This document shows positions 62,009 through 64,000 of a stretch of DNA of 64,000 nucleotides, one piece after another. Positions within the stretch are counted from its first letter, which is position 1; every line of letters starts with the position of its first letter. Made by a program: the position numbers and the translations under genes. Source of the stretch: an uncultured delta proteobacterium (GTDB lineage Bacteria > Myxococcota > Myxococcia > Myxococcales > Anaeromyxobacteraceae); the NCBI GenBank assembly GCA_963814585.1, contig CAWFDF010000004.1, positions 448,001 to 512,000 on the forward strand, given 5' to 3'. The notes under the pieces were generated by a model. It did no database searches and had not been told where the DNA came from. It worked only from the letters and a program-made list of their open reading frames with translations.

Positions 62009-62749
62009 ATGCACGCCCTCGTGCTCTCGCTGGCGCTCGGCCAGGCCACGCCGGAGGCGGCCGACCCGCCGGCGGCCCAGGACGGCCGCGCCTGATTCCG
62101 CCCCGTCCCTGTCCCAGCCTCGCCGCCAGACGTCCAGCCGGCGGTGCCCGCTGCCGGGCCGACGCCGCCGGCAGCGGACCGCCCGTCGCTCCGCCCCGTC
62201 GACCTGCTCCGCCTTCCCGACGGGTCCTTCCGGGCCACGCTCGACGGCCAGCCGGTGGCCGGCGCAGACTTCTACCGGGCCGTGCTGCGGCCCGACCTGG
62301 CGGACCAGCTGGAGGAGTCGCTGAACCGCCGCGCGGCGCTCTGGATCGGGGCCGGGCTGGCGCCGCTGGTCGGGGCCGGCGTCGGGTGGGTGGCCGGCAC
62401 GGCGCAGCATCGGACGGTCGGCTGTGACGAGCCGGTCCCACCGCCGACCGACCCGGCCGCGCTGGCCGAGTGCGAGCGGGTGCGCCAGTGGAACCAGGCC
62501 ACCGTGGACCAGGCCACGGCCACCGGGGCCGCCGTCGGGCTGGTCACCGGGGTGCTCCTCTGGCTGGCTGGTCGCGCCATCCACCCGCCGGAGCCGACCG
62601 CCGAGGAGGCCGAGGCGCTGGTCCGGGCCTACCGGGCCCGCGGCGGACCGCCGGCCGACCCGGCGCCAGCCCGTCGATCCGGCGGCGCCTCGCTCCGGCT
62701 GGAGACCGGCCCCCGGGCGGCCCGCCTGGCCTTGCGTCTCGACTTCTGA
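62009..62749 (+). CDS. Exported/membrane hypothetical protein with in-frame TGA at 62093
   Basis: MHALVLSLALGQATP... is in frame with ORF 62144..62749 (two TM helices, C-terminal LRLDF) across one stop. Confidence 0.5.
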
Positions 62750-62763
62750 AGGCGGAAAAGGAA

Positions 62764-62791
62764 GAGGGGCTGGCCCGGAGGCCAGCCCCTC
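62764..62791 (-). terminator. Intrinsic terminator
   Basis: Perfect 12-bp stem GAGGGGCTGGCC-CGGA-GGCCAGCCCCTC; TTCCTTTT follows on the minus strand. Confidence 0.75.
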
Positions 62792-62815
62792 GAATTTCGA
62801 CGACGGGTCAGCCGG

Positions 62816-63973
62816 CTACGGCGAGACCTTCGACGCCGACCGGCCCTTGACCGGCACGTACCCGACCGGAGGCGCCGCGAACGTCGGCGTCACGCGGTAG
62901 AAGTACGTGGTGCCGCTGATGAGCGATCCAGGGCCGGTGGTGGGGGCCACCAGGCCGGGCGCGGGCGCCCCGGCGTAGAAGACGAGCGCCGTCTGGGTCG
63001 ACACCAGCGTCCAGGCGGTGCCGTCGGTCGACTGCTCGACCTCGTAGCCGCTGGCGTCCGCCACCGCCGACCAGCCGACGCGGATGACGCCGGGGATGAC
63101 CGTGGGCGGCAGGGTCGTGGTGGAGGCCACGCCGAACGACGGGAGGAGCGGGTGGTAGGTGGTCACCGCGCCGGCGACGGCCGGCCGGGCCGTGGTGGTG
63201 GCGCCGACCGTCTCCCTGATCTCGTACCAGTAGGCGGTGTCGGGCACCAGCATGGTGTCGTAGTAGAGGCCGCACCAGACGCCGTCGCAGTCGACGGCCG
63301 GGTCGATGACGGCCACCGAGGCGTAGGTGCCCGGGGCGCCAGCGACGTCAGGCGCCCGGAAGACCTCGTAGCTGGTGGCGATGCCGGAGTCGAACCAGTC
63401 GAGCCCGAGCGAGTAGCCGTCGGCGCTCCGGGCGAAGGGCAGCGGCCGCGTGTCCACCTTGACGGTGACGTTGAGGGTGAGCGCCTTGCCCTCGTAGTCC
63501 TTCACCGAGCCGGTGATGGTGTAGACCGCGCCGAACACCAGCGGCGCGCCGGGCATGACCCTCAGGTAACCGCCGTCGGTCGGCGAGTTCGGCTCGTAGC
63601 AGACCTGGGTGGCGGCGTCGAAGGTGGCGCTGAGCGTGACGCCGGCCGCCTTGACGCAGGGGATGGGGTCGCCGTTCACGTCGACGACGGTGCTGCCGTC
63701 GGCGTTGTACTGCGCGTTCGACTGGATGGACGTGCCGTCCATGGGCTTGTTGAACTGGACCCAGATGTGGTCGTTGACCCAGGCCAGGTCGGTGGACACG
63801 GTGCCGCCGCCGGCTGCGTTCTCCACCGTGTTGGAGTCGCCGTCGACGCCGCTGGTGATGACGCGCACGACGACGGGATCGCCGCCCGGAGCTTCCGGGA
63901 ACGGGTCGCAGGCCACCGAGACCATGGTGAGCGCCGCGAGCGGCAGGAGGAACTTCGTGATCTTGTTGTTCAT
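62816..63973 (-). CDS. Surface lipoprotein with Ig-like and FN3-like domains
   Basis: Lipobox SVAC; VQFNKPMD (Big_5-like); WSAVADASGYEVEQS and TTYFYRV (FN3-like); AGGAGA SD. Confidence 0.75.
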   Translation of the reverse strand: MNNKITKFLLPLAALTMVSVACDPFPEAPGGDPVVVRVITSGVDGDSNTVENAAGGGTVSTDLAWVNDHIWVQFNKPMDGTSIQSNAQYNADGSTVVDVNGDPIPCVKAAGVTLSATFDAATQVCYEPNSPTDGGYLRVMPGAPLVFGAVYTITGSVKDYEGKALTLNVTVKVDTRPLPFARSADGYSLGLDWFDSGIATSYEVFRAPDVAGAPGTYASVAVIDPAVDCDGVWCGLYYDTMLVPDTAYWYEIRETVGATTTARPAVAGAVTTYHPLLPSFGVASTTTLPPTVIPGVIRVGWSAVADASGYEVEQSTDGTAWTLVSTQTALVFYAGAPAPGLVAPTTGPGSLISGTTYFYRVTPTFAAPPVGYVPVKGRSASKVSP

Positions 63974-64000
63974 GGTGATTGTCTCCTTGGCCGCGGGCTA

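Noticed and set aside
62093..62095. Second selenocysteine codon
   Set aside because: It lies in a low-complexity linker with no redox motif and no convincing SECIS-like hairpin.

Overview
A very GC-rich bacterial chromosomal window whose gene content and style suggest an Anaeromyxobacter-like Myxococcota (inference). It is mostly housekeeping and metabolic genes: pepT with two tandem OPT transporters, gloA, amtB-glnK, queF, a Ser/Thr kinase, pepA, an arginase-family enzyme, an ECF sigma/anti-sigma pair, hsp20/polX/Lon-like/usp, gluQ, malQ, tkt, nadE, ppk2, frr-pyrH, pcnB, rnhB, mutM, rsmB, bcp and rpsB-tsf. I saw no tRNA, rRNA, CRISPR array, prophage or transposase. The best signals missed by the ORF track are: (1) a selenocysteine-encoding BCP/PrxQ peroxiredoxin (UGA at codon 45 plus a SECIS-like hairpin); (2) a nested-hairpin MITE-like element at a CTAG site and a 24-bp relative 46 kb away; (3) a truncated NifX-like remnant after the sigma54-driven amtB-glnK pair; (4) an anti-sigma gene with a strong internal ribosome-binding site; (5) many apparently leaderless genes, including one overlapping divergent -10 pair; (6) a degenerate GGDEF protein with an intact I-site. 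At least five single-base frameshifts are probably assembly errors. No complete new multi-gene system is demonstrated; candidates are given as hypotheses. All family assignments are from motif recognition by eye, not database searches.
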